33,260 bases of DNA from a virus (lineage: Duplodnaviria; Caudoviricetes): positions 1 to 33,260 of the IMG/VR virus record IMGVR_UViG_3300020388_000038; one strand, 5' to 3'. Made by a program: the position numbers and the translations under genes. Under the pieces are notes generated by a model, which saw only the letters and a program-made list of their open reading frames with translations, was not told the DNA's origin and did not search any database. Shown in pieces: positions 16,609 through 25,205 of the stretch (position 1 is the first letter of the stretch; each line of letters opens with the position of its first letter).

Positions 16609-16986
16609 ATGGGATACATAAGCGAGGTACACATAGCAGTACCAAAGAAAGATGAGACAGAATTAGATGCTATCATGAACGAACATAAATTACTTGAGGG
16701 AAATTACCCTGCCTTTATTAAAGAAGATTACCCTGTCTTTACTAATGACCCTATAGATGAGAGGTTAGATTATGTTATCTATCGTGGTATAAGCCTTAAG
16801 TGGTATGAGGAATATAAGGATGTAAAAGCAGTAAACTCCTTTATAATGGATAAACCTTACGATTCCTGTGAAGATGCTCTACAGGGTAGAATGATGGTAT
16901 GTATAGGAGAGGACAACGCTGTACATTCAGAAGTAGGAGACTATTACGAAGTATTTAATATTAACGTGGTTGTCGAATTACAATAA
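16609..16986 (+). CDS. Hypothetical phage protein
   Basis: MGYISEV...LKWYE.Y.DV...IGED motif; starts at a junction repeat. Confidence 0.75.
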   Translation: MGYISEVHIAVPKKDETELDAIMNEHKLLEGNYPAFIKEDYPVFTNDPIDERLDYVIYRGISLKWYEEYKDVKAVNSFIMDKPYDSCEDALQGRMMVCIGEDNAVHSEVGDYYEVFNINVVVELQ

Positions 16987-17002
16987 CCTTAAAACTAAAA
17001 GA

Positions 17003-17308
17003 ATGGATATACACGAGAGATTAGAGGGTAAATGCTTTCCTTCGGAAATTGATATTGCTATAAGAGAACACCTTAAAGAGGATGGTTACTTTGTAGACAA
17101 CTCAGACTATATGGAGTTTATAGATGATATAGCGACTCAAATTACAATACAGAGATTTGGAGAGGATACTTATGCACCCTCATCTGAGGTAGGTCAAGAA
17201 CATGTAATGATGTTTCAAGAGGATGCTCAAGACTTTTACAACGAGCAGTACGATTGGGTAGAGACAATGTTAAACAGAACACTAAAAGTATATAGCGATG
17301 AGCAGTAA
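17003..17308 (+). CDS. Acidic hypothetical protein
   Basis: ATG 17003 after an A-rich leader preferred over the overlapping TTG start. Confidence 0.65.
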   Translation: MDIHERLEGKCFPSEIDIAIREHLKEDGYFVDNSDYMEFIDDIATQITIQRFGEDTYAPSSEVGQEHVMMFQEDAQDFYNEQYDWVETMLNRTLKVYSDEQ

Positions 17309-17444
17309 TGAGTTTAACCTAATAAGGATAGAAGCCCTTGAAAAAAGGATACAAGAATTAGAGACTCAACTTAAACTTGAGACAATCAAACCCCCAACTA
17401 AATTTAAAAAAATAAATAAATGGAAAGCCAACCAACCTCAATAA
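17298..17444 (+). CDS. Small coiled-coil protein (48 aa)
   Basis: Below cutoff; MSSNEFNLIRIEALEKRIQELETQLK... Confidence 0.5.
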   Translation: MSSNEFNLIRIEALEKRIQELETQLKLETIKPPTKFKKINKWKANQPQ

Positions 17445-17782
17445 ATTTAAGTCAAGCGTGGTATGGAGGTACTGAAAATGCTTGTTCACTTTATACAACC
17501 TTTTGTAAGATTGAAAGGAAGTATATAAACCCTATAATAGATGATATAAAACAAGTATCAAAAGATTTATCGGGTAAAAGAATATTCAAACCTAAACCTA
17601 GACAATGTAAACCTCAGATTATGTCTATTATATCTAAAGTAGATGAACTTACTCTTAGTGATTTAAAAGTCTTGCTAGAAAAAGAATACACAACTATTGA
17701 TTTCTTATGTAAAGTACATGAAATCAAAAAGAAAAATACTAAAGAATATTCTATAAGAAGAGGTCGTGCATATCAAGATTAG
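17420..17782 (+). CDS. Hypothetical protein
   Basis: ORF with A-rich leader. Confidence 0.6.
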   Translation: MESQPTSINLSQAWYGGTENACSLYTTFCKIERKYINPIIDDIKQVSKDLSGKRIFKPKPRQCKPQIMSIISKVDELTLSDLKVLLEKEYTTIDFLCKVHEIKKKNTKEYSIRRGRAYQD

Positions 17783-17812
17783 GTTAAATATTTTTACAAA
17801 AACTATTGTAGG

Positions 17813-17836
17813 AGTAAAAAAAGTTTCCTATATTTG
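17813..17836 (+). promoter_or_regulatory. Degenerate operator overlapping -7 element TATATTTG; promoter of the recombination/replication operon
   Basis: AGTAAA-AAAAG-TTTCCT then TATATTTG at 17829-17836; TTG 20 nt upstream. Confidence 0.65.
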
Positions 17837-17872
17837 CATCATAAGTTAATTAAATTTAAAACAACCAAAACT

Positions 17873-18436
17873 ATGGAGAAGTCCGAAACAATTGGCAACT
17901 TAACACTTGCCCTATCAAAAGTACAGGCTCAATTAAGACCTGCAAAAGAAAACTCAAAAAATCCTTTCTTTAAATCAAATTATGCTGACTTAGGTTCAGT
18001 ATGGGACTCTGTTCGTAAGTTATTATCTGAGAACGAGTTATCAATTATTCAAATGCCTACCGATGTAGGTGGTCTAACAACAATCTTATCACACTCAAGT
18101 GGAGAGTTTATCTCATCTACTATGTACATCCCATCTAAAGAGGATGCACATGGTGTAGGTTCAGCTATCTCTTATGCTAGAAGATACGCACTTGCCTCTT
18201 TTGTAGGTGTAGTTACTGGCGATGATGATGGTAATGGTGCAGTAAAAGGTAGCACACCTACTAAGAAATCTACATCTAAGCCTAAACTATCATCTGATCA
18301 ATACAAAGCTATGGTTAAGGCTATAGAGGATGGTAAGGGTGCTGTTGTTCAGCAAAAGATGAGTGGTTATTCTCTTACTAAATCTCAAGAAGACAATCTA
18401 GGGAAACTTATAAAAATTGCTAATACACTTTCATAG
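17873..18436 (+). CDS. erf: ERF family ssDNA annealing protein
   Basis: AL.K.Q...KNPFFKSNYADL...LTTILSHSSGEF...GSAISYARRYAL...DDDGN; start at ATG 17873. Confidence 0.9.
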   Translation: MEKSETIGNLTLALSKVQAQLRPAKENSKNPFFKSNYADLGSVWDSVRKLLSENELSIIQMPTDVGGLTTILSHSSGEFISSTMYIPSKEDAHGVGSAISYARRYALASFVGVVTGDDDGNGAVKGSTPTKKSTSKPKLSSDQYKAMVKAIEDGKGAVVQQKMSGYSLTKSQEDNLGKLIKIANTLS

Positions 18437-19203
18437 TGAGTTTAGGTAGTTTTATAAAGAAGATAGAGGATGACTCTTTCTATTACTCTGACTACGAGTT
18501 TGTAACGAACTCGCAGTTAGGGTTAATAAAGAAGGATGTTCGTACCTATAAGATGATGAGGGATAACCCTAACTTGAGAACGGAAACTCTACCTATGATC
18601 TTTGGTAGGGCATACCATGTGGCTATGTTAGAGCCTAACGAGTTTAACGACAAGGTTAAGGTGTTTGACTCAGCTACAAGGACTACTAAAGGATATAAGG
18701 AGTTTAAGGCTAATAATCCTGATGCTCCCACTATCATCCTTCAGAAAGAGTACGACAAGATAATGCGTATGCAAGATGTGTTGTTCTCTCACAAGGAGGT
18801 TAGAGATTTATTGGTATCAGAAGGAGAGCGAGAGATAGCTAACGCTTGGCAAGATGATGATACTGGTGTGTTCTGTAAAGGTAAAGCAGATTATCGTAAT
18901 GGTACTACATTGATAGACCTTAAGACTACTGCTGATGGAAGCCTTCATGGGTTCTCAAACTCTTGTAGGAAGTATGGGTACGATAGACAATCAGCATTCT
19001 ACTCAGATGGGTTTGGGTGTGATGATTTCATATTCATAACTCAAGAGAAAGAGATGCCTTATAACGTATCTATATTCTATGCTGGAGAAGATTTTATGAA
19101 TAGAGGTAGAGATGAGTACAAGTACCTTCTCGATACTTATAGAAGATTTTTTATAGATAACGAAGAAGTTGTTGAAGATCATTTAATAACGGATACATTA
19201 TGA
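18436..19203 (+). CDS. RecE/exonuclease VIII-like PD-(D/E)XK nuclease (DUF3799-like)
   Basis: FGRAYH..MLEP, CKGKAD...IDLKTT, YGYDRQSAFY; adjacent to ERF. Confidence 0.85.
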   Translation: MSLGSFIKKIEDDSFYYSDYEFVTNSQLGLIKKDVRTYKMMRDNPNLRTETLPMIFGRAYHVAMLEPNEFNDKVKVFDSATRTTKGYKEFKANNPDAPTIILQKEYDKIMRMQDVLFSHKEVRDLLVSEGEREIANAWQDDDTGVFCKGKADYRNGTTLIDLKTTADGSLHGFSNSCRKYGYDRQSAFYSDGFGCDDFIFITQEKEMPYNVSIFYAGEDFMNRGRDEYKYLLDTYRRFFIDNEEVVEDHLITDTL

Positions 19204-19391
19204 GTTTAAAAGAAATACTAAAGGAAAAAGGCATTACTGTTATATTCCTTTCAGAAAGATTAGGGTTAAGCCGACCTACCCTATATAAATACTTGGATAG
19301 TCCTGAGGAGTTTAAATTAAAGCACTTCAAAAAGATTGCAGGGTATTTAGATACAACAGAAAGAGAGGCACTTATTAATTATTTTATTTAA
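19200..19391 (+). CDS. Cro/CI-type helix-turn-helix regulator
   Basis: LKEILKEKGIT..LSERLGLSRPTLYKY...KIAGYL. Confidence 0.85.
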   Translation: MSLKEILKEKGITVIFLSERLGLSRPTLYKYLDSPEEFKLKHFKKIAGYLDTTEREALINYFI

Positions 19392-19402
19392 AGCTAAACG
19401 CT

Positions 19403-19672
19403 ATGAGTAACAAGACAGAAAAAATTTACATTGGAAACGGAGTAGAAAAGTTCGATGGGGACTTAGTAAACTTCTCATTAAACCTAACAAAATTAGGTAC
19501 AGATGCTAAGGACTTTATGTTCGAGTATAACGGAGACAAATACGTTAAACTAAAAGTAGTTAAGAAAAGAGATGGGGCTGACCAGTATGGTAAGACTCAC
19601 TATGTAGAGGTTGATACCTTTAAGCCTGAGGCTAAGGCTACTGCATCAAAAGCAGATGACTTACCATTTTAA
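19403..19672 (+). CDS. Putative single-stranded DNA-binding protein
   Basis: C-terminal DDLPF tail; located in the ERF/RecE module. Confidence 0.6.
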   Translation: MSNKTEKIYIGNGVEKFDGDLVNFSLNLTKLGTDAKDFMFEYNGDKYVKLKVVKKRDGADQYGKTHYVEVDTFKPEAKATASKADDLPF

Positions 19673-19683
19673 GTTATGATTAC

Positions 19684-19710
19684 AGAGGGGTGTGAAAGCC
19701 CCTCTTTTTT
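19684..19710 (+). terminator. Rho-independent terminator
   Basis: AGAGGGGT-GTGAAA-GCCCCTCT followed by a T run. Confidence 0.8.
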
Positions 19711-19730
19711 ACCTAAACCAAACCAAAGCT

Positions 19731-20234
19731 ATGAGACTAAGAGTATCCGATAACGACATAATCAATATAGACAATGTTGATTTTATAGAGATGGATGGTA
19801 GGTATATACTATTTCACTCTAAAGGTGTTGTATATAAATCTATATACAATAACGAATTTGAATCACAAAGTACATTTAATAATATCGACAACTTACTTAG
19901 GGTAAAGGATGCTAGGTTCATTACTAAAGAGGAGCTGAATGTCGAAGATGAGAGAAAGGCTAAAGGGTTCAAAATGTTTTGGGCTATGTACGACAAGAGG
20001 GTGGATGAAAAGAATTGTAGAATTTCATTTATGAGACTAACCCTAGAGGATATGGGTAAGGCTATTAATGGAGTTAAGAGTTATGTAGACTCAACACCTG
20101 ATAAGAAATACAGAAAGAACCCTCGAACTTGGATCAACCAAAAAGGATGGGAGAGTGAGGTAGTTCTTAGTGAGGATGATAAGAAGAAGGTTAATAGATA
20201 TGTCCAACCAAAATACGTAAGCGATGACAGATAA
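19731..20234 (+). CDS. Putative replication initiator/helicase-loader-like protein
   Basis: C-terminal F..FW..Y.K.V...KYRKNPRTWINQKGWE motif of phage replisome organisers; upstream of DnaB; start moved past the terminator. Confidence 0.6.
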   Translation: MRLRVSDNDIINIDNVDFIEMDGRYILFHSKGVVYKSIYNNEFESQSTFNNIDNLLRVKDARFITKEELNVEDERKAKGFKMFWAMYDKRVDEKNCRISFMRLTLEDMGKAINGVKSYVDSTPDKKYRKNPRTWINQKGWESEVVLSEDDKKKVNRYVQPKYVSDDR

Positions 20235-21558
20235 TAAAGATATGGAGATGAGATTGCTTGGTCGTATTATGAGTTATCCTAGAGAATACTACGACAACCA
20301 TAGTCTTTTCTCTGAGGGTATGTTTAGTGATGTCCTCAACAGAAAAATATATAAGGTAGTATCAAGCAGATTAGACTCTGGAGAGAAGGTTGATTTAGTT
20401 ATCCTTAATACGTTAGTAAAGGACTCTATGGCAGGCTACCGTATAGCTGAGTGCTACTCAGTAGACTTTAGCCACTATAATACAGAACACATGATTCTTT
20501 TCCTATCCCAAGAGGAGAAGAAGATAAAACTAAAGAAATTATTGGAGACAACTAACAATAAGTTGAATAAGGATGAAGACTTATTTGATGTGTTAGATTA
20601 TGTTGAGTCAGAACTTAAGCCTATATCTGAGGTTAGGGGTAGCGATATACCTGATATTAAGAAACAACTTAAGGTGCTACATGATGATATACAAAAGAGA
20701 ATGTCTTCAGAGAATATGGTTGGTCTACCTACAGGTTTCCAATCAATAGATAAATTTACTGGTGGGTGGCAAGAGACTGACTTTATAGTTATCGGTGGTG
20801 CATCATCTATGGGTAAGACATCGTTAGGTTTAGCATTCTGTTACAATTGTTCTAAGGCAGGTATACCTTCTGCAGTGTTCTCTTACGAGATGGGAGATAC
20901 ACAACTGCTTCAGAGGTTAGTATCTTTAGAGAGTTCAGTTAACAATAGATACATAATGAAGGGTACACTACAGAATGATGAGTTAGCTAGGGTTGATACT
21001 GCTATAGGTAAGCTAGAGAATGCTGAGTTGTACGTAGATGAGTGTAAAGACTCATCACTTAGATACCTACTAAATAAGATACGCCAGTACGTTATAACTA
21101 AGAGTGTTAAGTTCGTATTAGTGGATTACCTTCAATTAGTTAAGGGTAGTGGTACATCAAGGGAACAAGAGGTAGCCCTAGTTGCTCGTGAACTTAAGAA
21201 TATAGCTAAGGAGTTGAACATAACAATCGTAGCGTTATCTCAACTTAGTAGAAATGTAGAGAAGAGGGGTGGAGGTAACAGACCTATGCTATCTGATCTT
21301 CGAGAGAGTGGAGAGATTGAGCAAGCATCAGATATTGTTATGCTTGTGTACCGACCAGAATACTATGGTATAATGCAGGATGATAATGGTAACAATACAG
21401 AGGGCTTAGTAGACCTTATCTTTGCAAAGGGTAGGAACATAGGAACTGGAGTATTACCTCTTAAATTTGAGAAGGAGTACACTAGGTTTAGTGACCCTAC
21501 AGATTATGGTAATAATTTCATCTCAATTCAAAGTGTTGAGACATCAGAAGCTTTCTAG
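20224..21558 (+). CDS. dnaB: Replicative DNA helicase, DnaB family
   Basis: GLPTGF..ID..TGGWQ, Walker A GASSMGKT, FSYEM, VDYLQL, LSQLSR, RPMLSDLRESGEIEQASD, AKGRN. Confidence 0.95.
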   Translation: MTDNKDMEMRLLGRIMSYPREYYDNHSLFSEGMFSDVLNRKIYKVVSSRLDSGEKVDLVILNTLVKDSMAGYRIAECYSVDFSHYNTEHMILFLSQEEKKIKLKKLLETTNNKLNKDEDLFDVLDYVESELKPISEVRGSDIPDIKKQLKVLHDDIQKRMSSENMVGLPTGFQSIDKFTGGWQETDFIVIGGASSMGKTSLGLAFCYNCSKAGIPSAVFSYEMGDTQLLQRLVSLESSVNNRYIMKGTLQNDELARVDTAIGKLENAELYVDECKDSSLRYLLNKIRQYVITKSVKFVLVDYLQLVKGSGTSREQEVALVARELKNIAKELNITIVALSQLSRNVEKRGGGNRPMLSDLRESGEIEQASDIVMLVYRPEYYGIMQDDNGNNTEGLVDLIFAKGRNIGTGVLPLKFEKEYTRFSDPTDYGNNFISIQSVETSEAF

Positions 21559-21561
21559 GTT

Positions 21562-21651
21562 ATGGAGTGGGATTTTGAATTTACATGCAATTTCATAGTG
21601 GGATGCGTGTTTATATTGTGGTTTATTAAAAAGATTATAGAAAAGATATGA
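21562..21651 (+). CDS. Small hydrophobic peptide (29 aa)
   Basis: MEWDFEFTCNFIVGCVFILWFIKKIIEKI; fills the gap, ATGA overlap with the next gene. Confidence 0.45.
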   Translation: MEWDFEFTCNFIVGCVFILWFIKKIIEKI

Positions 21652-22157
21652 CAAGAAATAAAGATACAGAATTAGCAGTGTATAAAGCAACTCGTCACCT
21701 TGATACCTTAAACTTAAATAAGGATGAATTACGAATAATAAAAAACCTATTTAGTTTTGCTTACGAAAGAAAATGTGTTTACCCTTCGGATGTAGGTAAG
21801 AGATATAGGCATGTAGTAGAGGCTAATGCTTCTATATCAATTCTAATTGATAAGCATTTCCCTTTTACACTTAGCTTTATAGGAAAGATAATGCGTAAAC
21901 ATCACGCTACTATAATTCATTATAAAAATCTTTATAAGAATTGTTTATCTTATGATAAGGAATATTTAAGACTAATTAAAAACCTTGACTTAATAGTTGA
22001 TGAGATGAAGAAAGATATAGAAGAGGATAAGATTGATCACTTACTACTTGACTCTGAAAAAGACAAACTAATAAGAGAGTTAATCAAATCTAACGCATCC
22101 TTGAAGGTAGTTAATCATAAATTAAAGGATGAGTTGTATAACATCAAGAGAGCTTAA
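21648..22157 (+). CDS. Protein with a DnaA domain IV-like HTH
   Basis: TLSFIGKIMRKHHATIIHY resembles the DnaA signature SLxxIGxxFxxRDHTTVxH. Confidence 0.6.
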   Translation: MTRNKDTELAVYKATRHLDTLNLNKDELRIIKNLFSFAYERKCVYPSDVGKRYRHVVEANASISILIDKHFPFTLSFIGKIMRKHHATIIHYKNLYKNCLSYDKEYLRLIKNLDLIVDEMKKDIEEDKIDHLLLDSEKDKLIRELIKSNASLKVVNHKLKDELYNIKRA

Positions 22158-22420
22158 TGAGGAAGAAGATATACCACGTTATAGTTCATTATAATTGGAG
22201 GACAATAAGATATGTGAAGGGTGTAGAAAAGCCATCCAAGAAATGGAGTGAAGCTAAGTATGAGACTGTAGTTACGGAATTAGATACAGATGTTTTAAAC
22301 TCAGATCAGAGATTTTTAAATAAACTATCTAATAAACACAAATCTTCTAACGAGATAGGAATTAAAGTAACTAATGTTGTTGTGATAAATTACTTATGCC
22401 TATCAAATGATGTTTATTGA
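22157..22420 (+). CDS. Hypothetical protein
   Basis: TAATG overlap with the previous gene. Confidence 0.65.
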   Translation: MRKKIYHVIVHYNWRTIRYVKGVEKPSKKWSEAKYETVVTELDTDVLNSDQRFLNKLSNKHKSSNEIGIKVTNVVVINYLCLSNDVY

Positions 22421-22423
22421 AAT

Positions 22424-22884
22424 ACGAGAACCAACTGCGTGAGTGTTGGAAATTAATATCAAGTAAATTTAAAATCAAGTTATGAAAAACTTATTTATGA
22501 TTGTAGCACTATTATTCGTTTCAGTAAGTGCATACAGTAACACTAATTGTTCAGACTCAGGAGAGTATTATGCTGTGATCGCAACAACATCTGACGGGTA
22601 TCAATCTTACTCTATTCACTTAAGAGTGGAGGGCAATTGTTATGGGAATACTTGTTCAATATCAGGAGTCGAGGTAGCAACTAATGGCGGCTATACATCA
22701 GTACATTATTCGTATTCTTATGATGGTAAATACTCTGTAAGCTGGAACGGATACACCTATTACTTTAGATTTTAGTTAACGAGAGTACCAAGCGTGAGTT
22801 GGGCATAAAGTGAAAAGTCCTAGAGTGGGAGCTAGGCAAAAAGTCAGTGTTGAAAGTAAAGAGGGTGGTGGGAACCTACCCTCT
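22424..22884 (+). repeat. Related GNRA-capped hairpins flanking a secreted-protein gene
   Basis: ACGAGA..CCAA..GCGTGAG..TTGG at 22424-22449 and 22779-22802; further GGGA-loop hairpins at 22819-22836 and 22860-22884. Confidence 0.65.
22482..22775 (+). CDS. Small secreted protein with signal peptide
   Basis: MKNLFMIVALLFVSVSAYS Sec-type signal; Y/S/G-rich beta mature part. Confidence 0.75.
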   Translation: MKNLFMIVALLFVSVSAYSNTNCSDSGEYYAVIATTSDGYQSYSIHLRVEGNCYGNTCSISGVEVATNGGYTSVHYSYSYDGKYSVSWNGYTYYFRF

Positions 22885-22910
22885 TGCTTCAACCAACCAA
22901 AACAAGTAGT

Positions 22911-23075
22911 ATGTATCAAGGCACCTTAACAGATAAGGATAAAGGAGAAACTATAAAATTTAGAGATAAGTCTATATTTGAAGTGATGACACACTTCAGT
23001 ATGCTTATAGAAGATTGCGACTTAAAAAGGATTCAGATCAAGATAGTCAATAAGTCTAAGCCCAAAGAGCTATAG
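22911..23075 (+). CDS. Hypothetical protein
   Basis: ATG 22911 preferred to the TTG at the hairpin edge. Confidence 0.55.
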   Translation: MYQGTLTDKDKGETIKFRDKSIFEVMTHFSMLIEDCDLKRIQIKIVNKSKPKEL

Positions 23076-23191
23076 TATAAACTACCACCATGATCAATGC
23101 GTATAGAAGTTTTGTAAATTTATTCATAGGGTAAACATACTAAATGATTGAAAAAAGAAAGTTAAGCGAGTATTAATTAACAGTAAAGATT

Positions 23192-23458
23192 ATGATTGAA
23201 GCAGTATTAGTAGTGATTTGTGTAATATCCCTGCACTTAATATGGGAAATGTTTAAGTATTCAAAACAAAAAAAAGAAGATGAAAGGGTTAGTAAACAAG
23301 ATTTTATTAGAGTCAATCAAAAAAGGACAGACACTGAATGTTGCTCAAAGGTATCTAAGGATAAAACACAAAATAAATGCAAGCGTAAAAGTCTTAAGAA
23401 AAAGAATGTTAAATCTAAAGTAAAGAAAAATGCAGGACAAGATAAGAAAAAAGTGTGA
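23192..23458 (+). CDS. Hypothetical protein with N-terminal TM helix
   Basis: Hydrophobic N-terminus and basic tail. Confidence 0.5.
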   Translation: MIEAVLVVICVISLHLIWEMFKYSKQKKEDERVSKQDFIRVNQKRTDTECCSKVSKDKTQNKCKRKSLKKKNVKSKVKKNAGQDKKKV

Positions 23459-23792
23459 TGAGATTAGAGACCTGTTACTAGAGAAGAATAGTAGTTATGG
23501 TAACTCAGTATTTGAGAGGGGAGTTCTATTTGATGTAGACCCCTTATACGCTATTCAAGCTAGGATAAACGATAAGCTTAATCGGATAAAGAACAAGACA
23601 ACATACATAAGTGAGAATGATCTTATGGATGTTACTGGGTATTTTATATTACTTCAAGTATTAAGGGAGGATATGGATAAAAAGCTTGAGAAATCAATTA
23701 AGAGTGCTGAAGTTGATGAAGATAGAGAAACAGTATTTAGTTACACGTGGAACTTAAACAATAAAGATGAAGAAGAGGGAACCCCAGTTTGA
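23430..23792 (+). CDS. DUF1599/nucleotide-modification-associated all-alpha domain protein
   Basis: LLLEKNSSYGNS...RINDKLNRI...DLMDVTGY.IL. Confidence 0.75.
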   Translation: MQDKIRKKCDEIRDLLLEKNSSYGNSVFERGVLFDVDPLYAIQARINDKLNRIKNKTTYISENDLMDVTGYFILLQVLREDMDKKLEKSIKSAEVDEDRETVFSYTWNLNNKDEEEGTPV

Positions 23793-24213
23793 GAAATCAT
23801 CTGACAGAGATAGAGAAGAGGAAACTCTTCGTATACTTCTAGAAGATAAAGACTTAACATTCAGACAATTAGATAAATATGCTCCAGTTGATGCAGAGAT
23901 ATTTGATAATAGAACTATGGATATTGTATCTTTGTGTGAGATAAAGACAATGAGTCTTAATATGGATGACATAAAGAGAGTTAGGACATCCGTAAGGAAG
24001 ATACAGCATTGTCAAAAGGAGGCACTTCATAGGGCTTTACCTTTATGTATAGCTTGGAGATTTAACGATGGTATAGGCTATATATGGTTAAGAGAGATAA
24101 CAAAAGCCACAGTTGAGTGGGGTGGCATGAAGAACCCACGACCAGGATCTATATGGGATAGGGAACTCCTGTTTTATATAGACATAGATTTACTAACTAT
24201 AATTAAATTTTAG
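23767..24213 (+). CDS. Putative PD-(D/E)XK nuclease
   Basis: YAPVD...CEIKT catalytic-like motif. Confidence 0.55.
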   Translation: MKKREPQFEKSSDRDREEETLRILLEDKDLTFRQLDKYAPVDAEIFDNRTMDIVSLCEIKTMSLNMDDIKRVRTSVRKIQHCQKEALHRALPLCIAWRFNDGIGYIWLREITKATVEWGGMKNPRPGSIWDRELLFYIDIDLLTIIKF

Positions 24214-24215
24214 AG

Positions 24216-24407
24216 ATGAACAAAGTTCAAAAAGATCAAGAACAGCAGTACAAGTACTTAAAGTTTGACTGCGAGATGAGGGCTAGAGTATTAGAAATAG
24301 CCTCAGGTTTACCAACAAGTAAAAATGCTAAGTCTCTTCTAGAGAATGCAGATAAACTTGCTAAATACGTTTTTGGTATTCCAGAGCCACCTAAGGAAAA
24401 GAAATAA
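24216..24407 (+). CDS. Hypothetical protein
   Basis: Packed ORF. Confidence 0.65.
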   Translation: MNKVQKDQEQQYKYLKFDCEMRARVLEIASGLPTSKNAKSLLENADKLAKYVFGIPEPPKEKK

Positions 24408-24438
24408 TTTGTATCTTGCATCTTATAAATAATATAAT

Positions 24439-24711
24439 ATGGCAAGGAATAAATTAGCAGGAACTAAGGTAGGAAAGAGCAAGAGTGCTAAGTACTACCA
24501 AGACAATCCTGATGCTAAGAAGAAGAAAGACGAGTATAATGCTAAGTATGGTGCTAGCTTATCTAGAAAACTTTACAGAGCTTTTCTTAACGCTATGAAT
24601 AAAAAGAAAGGCAAGAAGGGTGATGGTAAGGATGTGTCTCACACTAAGAAGGGAGGCACAACATTAGAATCTCAAAGTAAAAATAGAGCTAGGAACAGAA
24701 GTAAGAAATAA
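24439..24711 (+). CDS. Basic protein with a degenerate HNH-like motif
   Basis: KGDGKDVSH.K.G...S..NRARN. Confidence 0.6.
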   Translation: MARNKLAGTKVGKSKSAKYYQDNPDAKKKKDEYNAKYGASLSRKLYRAFLNAMNKKKGKKGDGKDVSHTKKGGTTLESQSKNRARNRSKK

Positions 24712-24728
24712 ATTCTTATCTTAGCCTT

Positions 24729-25205
24729 ATGCGATATAAGAGAAGGAAAGGTAAGCAAATAACTAAAGCTAAGAAGCATACTGAGGATGGTATTACATTC
24801 GCCTCAGGACTAGAGCTTTACTGTTACAGAGCCTTAAATAAAGCAAACATCCCCCATGAGTATGAGGGCAAGACCTTCGAGCTTGTAGAAAAATTCAAGT
24901 TCGAGGGTCTCCTTATGGATAAGGGGACCACTAAAGGCAAGAAAGTATTTAAGGAAATGACTGGAAATGTTAGAAGTATATCTTACACTCCCGACTTCAT
25001 TAACTTAGATGCTGGCTTTATAATAGAAACCAAAGGATTAAGAACACCTGTGTTTAGTATGAGATTCAAATTGTTTTTGAAATACCTACATGATAGTGAT
25101 CAAAACCTAGACGTATACATCCCATCGAATCAAAAAGAAGTGAACGCAACAATAGAATCCATACTAAGCAGGGGTAACTTTAAAAAGAAAAAGAAGAAGA
25201 AATGA
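24729..25205 (+). CDS. Endonuclease I-like (T7 gp3-type fold) nuclease/resolvase
   Basis: FASGLE...EYE...YTPDF...IIETKG. Confidence 0.75.
   Translation: MRYKRRKGKQITKAKKHTEDGITFASGLELYCYRALNKANIPHEYEGKTFELVEKFKFEGLLMDKGTTKGKKVFKEMTGNVRSISYTPDFINLDAGFIIETKGLRTPVFSMRFKLFLKYLHDSDQNLDVYIPSNQKEVNATIESILSRGNFKKKKKKK

Larger units (their letters stand above)
15491..16611 (+). repeat. Dispersed gene-junction repeat ACCAAAAC(G/A)ACTA...TATG (4 copies)
   Basis: 15491-15512, 15819-15840, 16065-16086, 16590-16611. Confidence 0.85.

Noticed and set aside
9542-24213. Genome-wide TAG reassignment
   Set aside because: Long genes are intact in code 11 and several TAG stops (16603, 18436, 21558, 24213) are followed directly by the next start.
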